Shown here piece by piece: positions 39,937-51,050 of a DNA stretch of 64,000 bases (position 1 is the first letter of the stretch; every line of letters begins with the position of its first letter). A program made the position numbers and the translations under genes. The DNA comes from Felis catus. Lineage: Eukaryota. The DNA is taken from the NCBI RefSeq assembly GCF_018350175.1, contig NC_058368.1, positions 79,982,001-80,046,000 of the forward strand. The letters are read 5' to 3'. The notes beneath the pieces are model-generated. The model did no database searches. It was not told the DNA's origin and saw only the letters and a program-made list of their open reading frames with translations.

Positions 39937-40453
39937 GCCCCCTTACCCCCCACCCCCCGCTTCCTCTACTCCCATCCCCCACAACCACTACCCCCACCCC
40001 ACTGCCTCTACTCCCATCCCCCACAACCACTCTACCTCCACCTCCTCTACTCCCATCCCCCCACCCTTACCCCCAACCCCACCTCTACTCTCCCCCATCC
40101 CCCACCTCCTCGACTCCCATTCCCCTACCCTTACCCCCATCATACCTCCTCTATTCCCATCCCCCACCCCTGCCCTCACCTCACCTCCTCTACTCCCATC
40201 CCCCCACTCCTACTCCCCACCTTACCTCCTCTACTCTCATCCCCCCACCCCACCTCCTCTACTCTCACCCCCCATCCCCCACCCCCACCTCCTCGACTCC
40301 CATACCCCCAACCCTACCCCCATCCTACCTCCTCTACTCCCATACCCCACCCCTACCCCCCACCTCACCTCCTCTACTCTCATCCCTCCACCCCTACCCC
40401 CACCCCCACCTCCTCCACTCCTATCCCCCCACACCCACACACACCCCCATCCC
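39937..40453. repeat. C-rich degenerate minisatellite (core CCTCCTCTACTCCCATCCCCC)
   Basis: Core recurs about every 25-40 bp; + strand almost devoid of G. Confidence 0.92.
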
Positions 40454-41459
40454 AGAATCTGCTCAATTCTTGGCTCTCTCCTTCTAGGCTCCCTTCGAGC
40501 TCTGGGGGACTCACACCACTCCCTGGCACATTCGGCCCTTGCAGACTTTGCCCTTTCTGCCCTCATATCTTCCTTGACCTCAGTCTTGGCCTGCTGAGCA
40601 AGTTAAAGTTCACCCTCACTTAACCCAGAGATTTTATTTTCTTGAGATTTCTCAACATCCATTTGGTTTCATTTCCCCCTTTGTTCCCGTATCATCTTTT
40701 CAAATTGTTAGCACTCACTCTCTCTTCATAATAATCTCCTTTTGCAAACTTGAATCATCATCACTAACTTCCTTTATCAACACAATAACCCATCCTAACA
40801 CTGCATTCGACAGAAATTTTTTAAATTCCTTCATGCTTACCTCTGCCTTTTTTTTTCTTTTAAAACTATCACCCATGGACTTCTAGCTTTCTCGTTTCCA
40901 GCCCCCTCCACTGAGATGTACACACATTAACTAAGTTTAAGTAATATTTTTCTCCTAATGATTCAGAAGATCTTAAAAATAAGCTTCAGGAGCCATTTAT
41001 AGACATGGTAACTGGATGTAAATGAAGGTGCACTGAAGAGGAAGCATTATATTTTATGGAAAAGGTAAAGTGCTTTCCAGTGAGACACCGCCCAGGCTGG
41101 TGGGAGTTTTATATTCCCCCCCACCTTCTCTCTGACCCTATTTCATACTTAGCTTCTGGGTTCTGACAAGATCTAATATTTGTCAACAGTTTGAAAGTCC
41201 TACACTTCACACAATCCCCTGGAGTCCCTCAAGGAGCTGTGTGAAGCCACTCTGCAGATCCTCCTTCGTGCGTGATCTCATTTCACTCACGGATTCCTTT
41301 ACCCATCTGATGTGCACCTACAAAGCACTCGCACTGGCTTCAAAGTCTTTAAAAAAAAAAAGTGTTCCTCCCAACGGATGTCTGTTTTCTGCACATAGTA
41401 AATGTTCAACAAATACCTCTGACTGGTATCATAACTGACGTCTCACGGCCATTTCCTCT

Positions 41460-43250
41460 TCTTTATTTTCCAACGCAATGTCTGGAATTTAAGCGAGCTG
41501 CATTTCTTATCGTAGGAAGGTTGTCCGAGCATAGAACGGGATTGCAACTCAAGGAAACCTGTTGTTCCCAGACAGAACTCTCGACACTATCACATTCTCA
41601 ATCTGTCTGCCTATCTACCGTTGGAATGCTGGTTACATCCGCTGTGTTATCACCTTCAGCAGCTCAGAGACATCCCGATTTTCTTTTTTCTCATTTTTTC
41701 CAAACCAAAACTCATGTCTTGTCCTGTAAAATGCCTTCCGTTAATCCAAGGCTTTGCTGACGCCCGCTTCTTCCCCCATGCATCCCCCTTCTGCCTGCCA
41801 TCCCTTTTGGGGACAGCTTCAACTCTCTCTTTAAGCAAAGATCTTTGAACTCACATATTCTTGTATTACTTTTTGCAATCACGTACCGCAAATATGTCAT
41901 CATCTGGCTTCAATGATGATAACATTCCAATAAAATGTTCCCAAGTCTTAAAACCATAAATTACTTAATAAAATAGCTACAGACTGAATGCTGGTGTTCC
42001 TCCACAATTCACAGGTTGAAATCCCACCCTGCGCCCAGTGTGATGGTAGCAGGAGTGGGCCCTTCGGAGGCCACCAGGTGCAGCCCTCACGAGTGGGACT
42101 GGCGCCCTCACAAAGGAGACCCCGCAGAGGCCCTCGCCCCCCGCCACACGGCAGGAAGATGGGCGTCTGCGCACCAGGTGGCGGGCTCTCACCGGACGTG
42201 GAACCCGCTGGCACCTTGATCTTGGGACTCCCAGCCTCAGAACTGTGAGAATTACACGTCTGTTGTCCACAAGCCCCCCAGTCTGGAGCATTTTTGTTAC
42301 AACATCTTGAACTAAGGCAACGATCAAGTAGCCAACATTTTCTACACCAAGAAAGGGAACCTGTCATTCACCAAGACATACATCACTCCTTCTCCCCCTC
42401 AGATGGTAATTTGGGTTTCTACATTCCATGTCACTCTATTTCCCTTTTGCACTGCATCCGGGATTGCTTCATTCTCCTCCATTTTTACTTTGCTTTTCCT
42501 CTGCTACCACTCAGCCTGGCGCGGCCACAGCATCCCTTCGGCGGGTGTGTTCCGTCCGTGCCCCTGCGGCTGGGGCCTGACCGCCTGGTCTCTCTGTACC
42601 ATCTTAGACCAGGATGCAATGCAACATCATTGAAATAACTCATGTTTCTGGGTGGTTCCAGAGTGTGCACACCACATAGCGTCATTCATGAAGTTCCGCG
42701 TGCCGGACTCCTTTAACCTACTCTCTCTGGGGTTCCGAGGGCCACATCCACGCTTATGGGTTTCCAGAGGGAACCAAAACGTGCCAAGTTCTTACTGTAT
42801 ACATCCTCGCTTGCCGGGGAAAATCTCCCAGCACCAAAACCCGGCCACTCAGAAGTGTTTCGCAGGATTTCCTTCTTCAGTTTGCCCCACCAAGACTTCA
42901 CATGTTGACCTTTGCTGTTGCCGTTTAAGTCTCTAACCGTTCCAGACCGTGCTCTCATCCACAACCATTCACCTCCTCTGCATGATTCTTCGATGAAAAT
43001 CTCTTTTTCATCTCTCGCCCGTCTTCTGCGGGCTGTCATCGAAAAGGCCATACTGCCCTCGCTGGCTGTGCTCACTGTCCTGCCTCAGCTCGGCCACCAC
43101 CTGCCAGGTGCCCCCAAGGGCTCCCCCCTTGCACCTGCTTCAGCAATTCTAGCATCCGCACTTCCCTTTGGGTCTTCCTTTCTGATACCCCTTTCCTTTA
43201 TTCCTCTTCTTTATTAACATTTTGTTTCTGGTGGCAATGTCTCCTTTTTA
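41460..43250. mobile_element. Possible ancient LINE fossil (RTE-X/L4 on minus or L2 on plus; unresolved)
   Basis: Minus-strand peptides RDEKEIFIEE...VRDLNG and KPWI resemble RTE endonuclease/linker motifs; plus-strand GAPKGSPLAP resembles the RT motif GVPQGS; all weak. Confidence 0.3.
41975..42319 (+). mobile_element. MLT1-type (MaLR) solo LTR
   Basis: GACTGAATG..GTTGAAATC..CCCAGTGTGATGGTA..GCTGGCACCTTGATCTTGG..CCAGCCTCAGAACTGTGAGA..TTTTGTTAC..CTAAGGCA. Confidence 0.92.
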
Positions 43251-43805
43251 ATTTGGAGCCCCTTTTTATTTATGAATCCATCCCAAAATTATAACATCTG
43301 CCAAGTCGAATAAAGAGCTTTGTGTTTCTCCAAGCGAGACCTTAAAAGAACTGAAATACTGCGTGTTAATGCGTTCAGCGAAAACAGAAGGCGACTGGCC
43401 ATTCTGATTGTTCTATGTGTTTACCCCATGCCGTCCTATGCAACACATACAACCTTTCGGAGACAACAAACACGCTCGCACTTGACGCCCTCTACCCAGC
43501 AACAGTCAACGACAACTTCATATAAAGGTCAAAAGTGAAATGCCTTTAGGAGTTCCCTCCAAATCTTAAAATAAAAGTCACATTCCAAACTTCATAATTC
43601 TCACGAATACATCACAAAGTCACCATTATGCTATTGAAAACGAAAACAATTGCATGCTTGTATGACAGGGGAAAATATTCTAAAAATGAATTATATAGTA
43701 AAACCAGGAATCTTCAAGTCCCTGCTCACAAATCATGAGTTTGCTTTGGCCTAATTATCTTACGCGGCATGGTGTCCACACATCACACCTCTGCAGACAG
43801 AAGCC

Positions 43806-43903
43806 AGCCCCGCGTCAGGCTCTGTGCCGACAGCTCAGGGCCTGGAGCCTGCTTTGAGTTCTGTGTCTCCCTCTGCCTCTGCCCCTCCGCTGCTCACACT
43901 CTG

Positions 43904-43939
<36 letters not shown>

Positions 43940-43965
43940 AAATAAACATTAAAAAAAATTTTTTT
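43806..43965 (+). mobile_element. 5'-truncated Can-SINE
   Basis: Starts at AGCCCCGCGTCAGG; has (CT)n and tail. Confidence 0.92.
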
Positions 43966-44793
43966 AAAGACTTAAAGCCTTTCTCATATTCTTGGTCAAA
44001 CACTCTTTACAAAATACACGTGAGTACCAGGCGGAAGGTGTGTCTGGCATTGTGTGTCTCTGTCCACACGTGTGTGTGCCCAACACGTGGAACTACTCAG
44101 GGTGCCATATTACCCCTTGTTTGCTTCGAGAGTTACCCAATTCTTTGGGATCAGTGAAAGAGAGAAGCTTCTTCTCCCACCCAACCACGTGTTCCATTTT
44201 CCCTGCTATTTGGCCCTAAAAAACAATCGTACGGCTCCAAGCTTTCTCAGTAAACAAAACATCCTCTGGCCAGGGGCCCCAACATCTTTGACACCATCCA
44301 TGGGTTTGTGTAGCCACCAGACATGGAAGACACTCCCTCCAACTTTCTTCTCTGGGGAGAACAGCTGTAAGAGCATTGTTACGTGGTGACAAGACTTTAG
44401 AAAGGGTTATCCCCATCTCCCACAGCTGGAATTACTGTTTTTCAAAACAAAACGTGAGAAACAACAATACTGACCAATTTTCAACATTCCAAAAAGTACT
44501 CTGTGCTCCTTGAAGCACATTTTATGACATGATTTCAAACTATTTTATTAGCATCTTTAGCCCCTTGAGAATGGCCACGGGAAAAAGCAGAGCCATCGGC
44601 TGAAAACAACCAGCTGCAAAGAAGTGCCAGCACGGGATGAAGTATTTACCCCTGTGGCAACACGGAGGGCACAGCGTCAAACACAAAGCAGGACGCCTGC
44701 ATCTCTAACGTGTGGGTTCAGAGAACTCCGTTTTATCAAAAGTCTGTAAGTTAAGTAGTCACGGAGACTAGAAGTTAAGGTTGGGTAAAGCCA

Positions 44794-44937
44794 GGGGCGC
44801 CTGCCGAGGCTCAGTCGGTTGACCATCCGACTTCAGCTCAGGTCATGATCTCATGGTTCGTGGGTTCAAGCCCCACGCCAGGCTCTATGCTGAGTGTGGA
44901 GCCTGCCTGAGATTCCCTGTCTCTGTCTCTGTCTCTG

Positions 44938-44968
<31 letters not shown>

Positions 44969-45236
44969 GTCTGACCCTTCCCTGCCCACACTGTCTCTAT
45001 ATTAAAATTTTAAAAATCAGCCACCAGGGGTGCCTGGGTGGCTCAGTCAATTGAGCCTCCCACTTCGGCTCAGATCATGATCTCATGGTTCGTGGGTTCA
45101 AGCCCCACGTCGGGCTCTGTGCTAACAGCTGGAGCCTGCTTCGGATTCTGTGTCTCCCTCTTTCTCTGCCCTTTCCCCACTCATGTTCTGTCTCCCTCTC
45201 AAAAAAACAAATAAACACTAAAAAAAATTTTTTTTG
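44794..45236 (+). mobile_element. Composite Can-SINE dimer within one TSD pair
   Basis: Heads at 44794 and 45027; TTGGGTAAAGCCA at 44781-44793 and 45241-45253 flanks both units. Confidence 0.93.
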
Positions 45237-46276
45237 AAGTTTGGGTAAAGCCAAATCAGAGTGTCCTCCATCAGAGAACATGCTACCTACAAAACCCCTC
45301 CTTTCTGGAACATTTTAGTCACTCTCAGACAAAGATTTTCTGGAAACTAAGGGTCTTTTCTTATTTCTTGAGTTAAAGCCATTTCCCAATCTGTCAGCAA
45401 AGTCATATCCCCCCTCGCGTGCTGATAAATGTCTCCAACCCTCCGCCACCGTCGCGGGTCCAACAGTCCGTCAGCACGGCCCGGTACTCTAGAGAGAACA
45501 TACTCGGGCATCATCACTTTGCAACGTCCACCGGGGACCCTACGCTGTGCACCTGAGTCCTCCCAGTGCTGTCTTCGGCCCTCCTTCCGGGCCTTCCCTG
45601 CCGTCCTGTCCACATCGTTCTGTCCCCTTTCCAGTGCAGATCCATCACATTTTCGCCATGGCACGCACGCTGCTTTCGAGAGTCCGCTCCTAGCGGACAC
45701 GGGTGTCACTCACTGGGAAGAGCTGCGAGGCCCTGTCCAAGATCGCCGAGCAAGCAGGCGGCTGAGGCTCTGGTGTGGGTCCCACCACCCGGGCGAGGCT
45801 CAGCAAGCGCCCAGACTGCCATAGGGGTCACACCGTGACAGCGGCTCCTGTGCGGAATGCGCCAAAAGCAAAACACGTTGTGTCTACTGATGTGGGGGCC
45901 ACCGTGCTGCCTCCCTGAGGCCACGGCTTCGTGTCCAAGTATTCACAGCCTCCTGCTGAAGACTCACCCTGGGAGGGCAACCCCTGTGTGGATCCCACCG
46001 GGGTGGGATTTCTGTGATGGAGCCTTGTCCCATTTTCCCTAAAAACCATGACAGTGGCCATCTCCAGTCTTCCTGCACCTCTCCATGTTTCCAACCCCAG
46101 AGCCCAGAGGCAGAGGTCCTGACCACCTCCGGTGGCCCCAGGGCCCGGGTGGTCACTGACCTCCAGACGTAAAGGTGCGGCTTAATGTAAGGAGTTAAAT
46201 GGTATCTTTCCCTCTCTTTACTTTGTGGTTCAACTTTATCTATCTATTGTTTTCCATCTGAAAGACATTCTTCTTT

Positions 46277-46535
46277 GAGGCGCCGGGGTGGCTCAGTCGG
46301 TTGAGTGTCGGACTTTGGCTCAGGTCATGATCTCACAGATCATGGGTTTGAGCCCTGCGTCCAGTTCTGTGCTGACAGCTCAGAGCCTGGAGCCTGCTTC
46401 CGATTCTGTGTCTCCCTCTCTCTCTCTGCCCCTTCCCTGCTCACGCTCTGTCTCTCTCTCTCAAAATAAATAAACATTAAAAAAATTTGTTTTAAGGAAG
46501 GAAGGAAGGAAGGAAGGAAGGAAGGAAGGAAGGAA

Positions 46536-46591
<56 letters not shown>
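46277..46591 (+). mobile_element. Can-SINE whose tail carries (GGAA)n(GAAA)n
   Basis: TSD AAAGACATTCTTCT at 46261 and ~46592 encloses the microsatellite. Confidence 0.95.

Positions 46592-46595
<4 letters not shown>
46495..46595. repeat. Compound (GGAA)n(GAAA)n tetranucleotide microsatellite
   Basis: Direct reading. Confidence 0.97.
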
Positions 46596-46596
<1 letters not shown>

Positions 46597-47732
46597 CATT
46601 CTTCTAAGAAACACAGAAGCTGAAGGTAGTTACAGGATTCTTCCCAAAACCAAGCAAAAGAATATGTTCAGAAAAGAGAAGTCATCAAACCAGAGATTTG
46701 GAGGACAGATTGGAGAAAACAAAGAACCATGTAGAGCAGCAAATTTTATGTCAGCAGCTAGCTTTTAAATCATAGATTTGGTCTTTTGATATTTAATAGA
46801 AATAGCTAATTAGCCAAAAGTGAAATATGTTTATGCTGATAATACGGGAAGAAGAGAATGTGTACTAAGCCCAGGGTGTGAAACAAAGCATTCAGAGCCA
46901 GCAGGGAAAATGCAAAGGGAAAGGCCAGGGTGTCTGGGCCCCCACCCCCTCTGCACGTGCACATAGGTACACAACCACACACACGTACATGTGCACACAC
47001 ACACAAACTGCCCTTAAGATGTCCTGCCCTCCAGGAGCTCACCAGACGGCACAACGCACGTGTCCCAGGACGGACGCTGAGCACTGAGCCAGGACACGGG
47101 CTGGGCCACTTGGACAGCAGCACTGGGTGGCATTTGTGGGGAACGTGTTCCCTTTCCTGGCCCCGAAGGCCCCAGGCCCTGCAGTTGGCTGAGTCTCAGG
47201 CTGGCAGGGGAGTGAGTTGTGGGAGAACAGCACCCAGGAGGCTGTGATGGTTGCAGGCCGACAGCCTTCAGCGGGGACACTGGCAGCCACGGGGTAGAGA
47301 CCGACCACTACAGAGAGGGGCCCCCACCTATGGCAACCCCCACAAAGCACAGAGCCCGCTCAGAGGCCCAGAGGCATGCAGGGGGCCCCATCCAGCCTGC
47401 GGTGCTGACTCAACCCAGTGGAAAGCTTTATTCTCACTCTTGGGCCTGGGTTGCCCTTCAACACACAGAGAGAGTTCTGGACACACCTTCTTCCCGACCG
47501 CCCTATCCCACCCCCACACGAGCACGGAGACGGCTCTCAACAAAGGGAGAGGGGTGCTGGGGGGCCAGAGTGAATCACCACCCAAGCCTGTGGCTGTCCC
47601 TGGGGGTGGGGTACACACAGCTCCAGACTGAAACCCAGACACAGAGTGCTCGCTGCCTGGTAGAAACTTCTGGAAAGGGGCTGCTGAATTTCACCAAAGG
47701 CCCCCTCAGAGCTTCTCTCTTCAGTGTCTCCA

Positions 47733-47890
47733 ATTTATTTTTTTTAAGTTTATTTATTTGAGGGGGGAGGGGCAGAGAGAGACTCCCAAGCCGGCTCCAC
47801 ACCGTCATCACAGAGCCCGACGTGGGGTTCAATCCCATGAACCATGAGATCACAACCTGAGCCAAAACCGGGAGTTGGGGAGACGACCGG
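47733..47890 (-). mobile_element. Partial Can-SINE
   Basis: T tail, CAGAGCCCGACGTGGGG..CCATGAGATCAC..CCTGAGCCAAAACC; head degraded. Confidence 0.85.
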
Positions 47891-49043
47891 TGTTCCGGTA
47901 TTGAGGAACCCAAAGCCACAGCCCTGCCCCTAACATCTGACGTACGTGCTTGAACTACCTAAGTTACGCCCCAACCCAAATCGACAAGTATAACCTGAAA
48001 GCTGCAAGGATCTGCTAGTCTAGCCTCTCGGAAAGTCAGGGTGATACCCTAATCTTAGCCTCTGACCCCTTACAGAACAGGAAAATCTAATTCACACTCC
48101 TCAACAGTGTAGAAGTGGAAGCCCATGTTTTCCCTCAATTTGTGTCTAAAAAAACACGGGAGGAACACCGTATGAATGAGCTTTCCTAACCACGCCTGGC
48201 GGTACCGATCGCATTCAGTGGATGGGGTCTGCGGTTCAGACAAACCAAAAATAACCCCCCAGCTGTCTCTTCTCCGTAAAAGGCCTTTTCGGTGAACAGA
48301 AGTATGGCGCTGTCCTCCTCTTGACGTGAACAAGAGTGCTTTGCCTGGTTCTTTGGGGGTTTACATTGCACTCACCCCATCAGGCCAATAAGGCAGATGC
48401 CAACGAACGCGACCATTCCCTGAACATCAGAGAAACACGACCCCGGGACTGAACCTCACTCATTCTGCCCACTTCTCCTAGTGCGTTTTGTAGCTGTGAC
48501 CACTGAGCACGGTGGCCAGGAGACAGACAGCCACACTGCCCTGTCCAGGAGAAAGGCTATGGCAGCAGCATCCCCCACAGCCCAGAGACGGCCCTGAGTG
48601 CCGAGCGGGCCAGGAGGACCAGCGCACGGCCACCTGCCAGGGGGCAGGGCCAGGAAACAGCGCATCTGAGCGGCGCCACGTCTTGTCACATTGAGAACGT
48701 AAGAACGGTTCAACTTTCCGACGTGAGTTATTTTCCAAATTCAAGACTACGGCGTGAGCCAGAATCAGTTCCCTTGAAATGCTGCAGCTGGTAGGCACAG
48801 GTTTCGGAACGACAACGTGAATTGTGAAGACACGGATGCACCGGGAAGGAAGAAGACCAGCAGGAGGCCTCGCACGTGCCCATGGAACCCCATGCGTGTG
48901 CCTCATCACCCAGCAGCTGCCGATCACTGGGGCTGCCTCGGAGTACCGAGCTCTGGCCTGGCCGCGCGCGCATGAGGCTGTACAGGCAGGGGCCTAGGGC
49001 CTGGGGAGCACGGCCAGCGTGAGGGCCACGTGACAGAGGTAAA

Positions 49044-51050
49044 ACCACTGCTGAGGCCACTGGGGACACGGATCCATCCACTGACATGGCCAGTGACGCT
49101 GCTGCTGCTGCTGCTACTATTGTGGCCAGCGCCACTGCCAATACTGAGGCTGTGGCTGGTAACAGTAATACTGCTCTTACCAATACCACTGCTAATACTA
49201 CTCCTGCTCAGGCACCTGCTAATACTGCTGCTGGTAGTAATAATGCTGCCGATACTGTTACTACTATTCCTAATGCTGCTGCTGATGCTTCTGCTACTAC
49301 TAGGAAAATACCTACTAACACCACTGCTCCTGCTACTGCTACCACCGCAGGTAATGCTGCTGCTACTACTACTACTAATACCTCTAGTAATACCAGTGAT
49401 AATGCTACTGCCATCACTAATGTATCTGATGATACTACTGCTGATACTGTTACTACCATTCCTAAGGCTGCTGCTAATGCTACTACTAATAATAATATTT
49501 CTACTAACACCGCTGCTAATGCTACTACTACTACGATGGGTAACGCTGCTACTGATACTAACACTGCTGCACCTGTCACTGCTACGGATACTACGGATAA
49601 TGTTAGTAATGCTGCCACTAATACCAATACCTCTAGTAATACTAGCGCTAGTGCTACTGCTACTACTAATGTATCTACCAATAATACTGCCAATACCGTC
49701 GCTCTGTTACTACTATTACCGATGCTGCTGCTAATGCTACTACCACTGCTACTAATACCTCTACTAACACCACCACTCATGCTACTGCTACTACTATGTG
49801 TAATGCTGTTATTACTATTACCACTGCTGCTGCTGTTGCTGCTGCGAATACTACCGATAATGTTAGTAATACTGCTGCTAATGCTACTAATAACACATCT
49901 GGTGATACTAGTGCTAACGCTACTGCTACTACTAATGTATCTAATAATAATACTGCCAATACTGTTACTCTGTTACTACTATTACTGATGCTGCTGCTAA
50001 TGCTACTACCACTGCTACTAATACGTCTACTAACACCACTGCTACTGCTACTACTACCACCGCAGGTAATGCTGCTACTACTACTACTAATAATACCTCT
50101 AATAATACCAGTGATAATGCTACTGCCATCACTAATGTATCTGATGATAATACTGCTGATACTGTTACTACCATTCCTAAGGCTGCTGCTAATGCTACTA
50201 CTACTAATAATATTTCTAACACCGCTGCTAATGCTACTACTACTACCGCGGGTAACGCTGCTACTGATACTAACACTGCTGCACCTGTCGCTGCTACGAA
50301 TACTACAAATAATGTTGGTAATGCTGCCACTAACACTAATACCAATACCTCTAGTAATACTAGCGCTAATGCTACTGTTACTACTAATGCATCTACCAAT
50401 AATACTGCCGATGCTGTCGCTCTGTTACTACTATTACCGATGCTGCCACTAATGCTACTACCACTGCTACTAATACATCTACTAACACCGCTGCTGCTAC
50501 CATGGGTAATGCTGTTATTACCACGGCCGCTGCTGCTGCTGTTGCTGTCGCGAATACTACCGATAATGTCTGTAATGCTGTCGCTGACGCTACCAATCAC
50601 ACGTCTGGCGACACTGGTGCTAATGCCACCGCGCTGCCGACGCGGCTGCTGAACCTACTACTCCTGACGCACCTCCCAAAGCCGCTGCTGATGCCACCAC
50701 CACTCAGACAACCATGACTACCACCGATACTGCTGCTAACGCGACCGCTGAAGCTACCACTACCGACACGTCCACGATACGACGGCTAGTACCGTCGCTA
50801 AGGATACCGTGGATACTCAGGCTGCAAACGCTACCGCTGATACTATTAACTCCACTAGGGTGACAGCTACTGCTGAAGCTACCGACCCTGCTGTGACTAC
50901 CACCACCACCGACGCATCGACTGATCCCATTGCTGACGCCACTGCCGCTAATACCGCCAACGCTGCTGCCACTGAAACAGCCCCCACTGACACCGCAAAA
51001 GGTGTCGCCACTGATCCCACTGCTAACACCATCAGCCACAACAGCGCGCT
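49044..51050. repeat. Cryptic (ACT/GCT/AAT/ACC)n triplet array with ~190-266 bp monomers and ~715-bp higher-order duplication
   Basis: Landmarks ACCACCGCAGGTAATG at 49341/50056, CCTAAGGCTG at 49461/50176, GCTCTGTTACTACTATTA at 49701/50419. Confidence 0.93.

Noticed and set aside
39864..40487. Extensin-like Pro-rich 207-aa ORF
   Set aside because: Direct translation of a C-rich minisatellite; non-ATG start and no splice context.
49030..50600. Leu-rich and Val/Ala-rich hydrophobic ORFs as membrane proteins
   Set aside because: Alternative frames and strands of the same triplet array.
49340..50640. CRISPR-like repeat/spacer array
   Set aside because: Eukaryotic context; no constant repeat with unique spacers; no cas genes.
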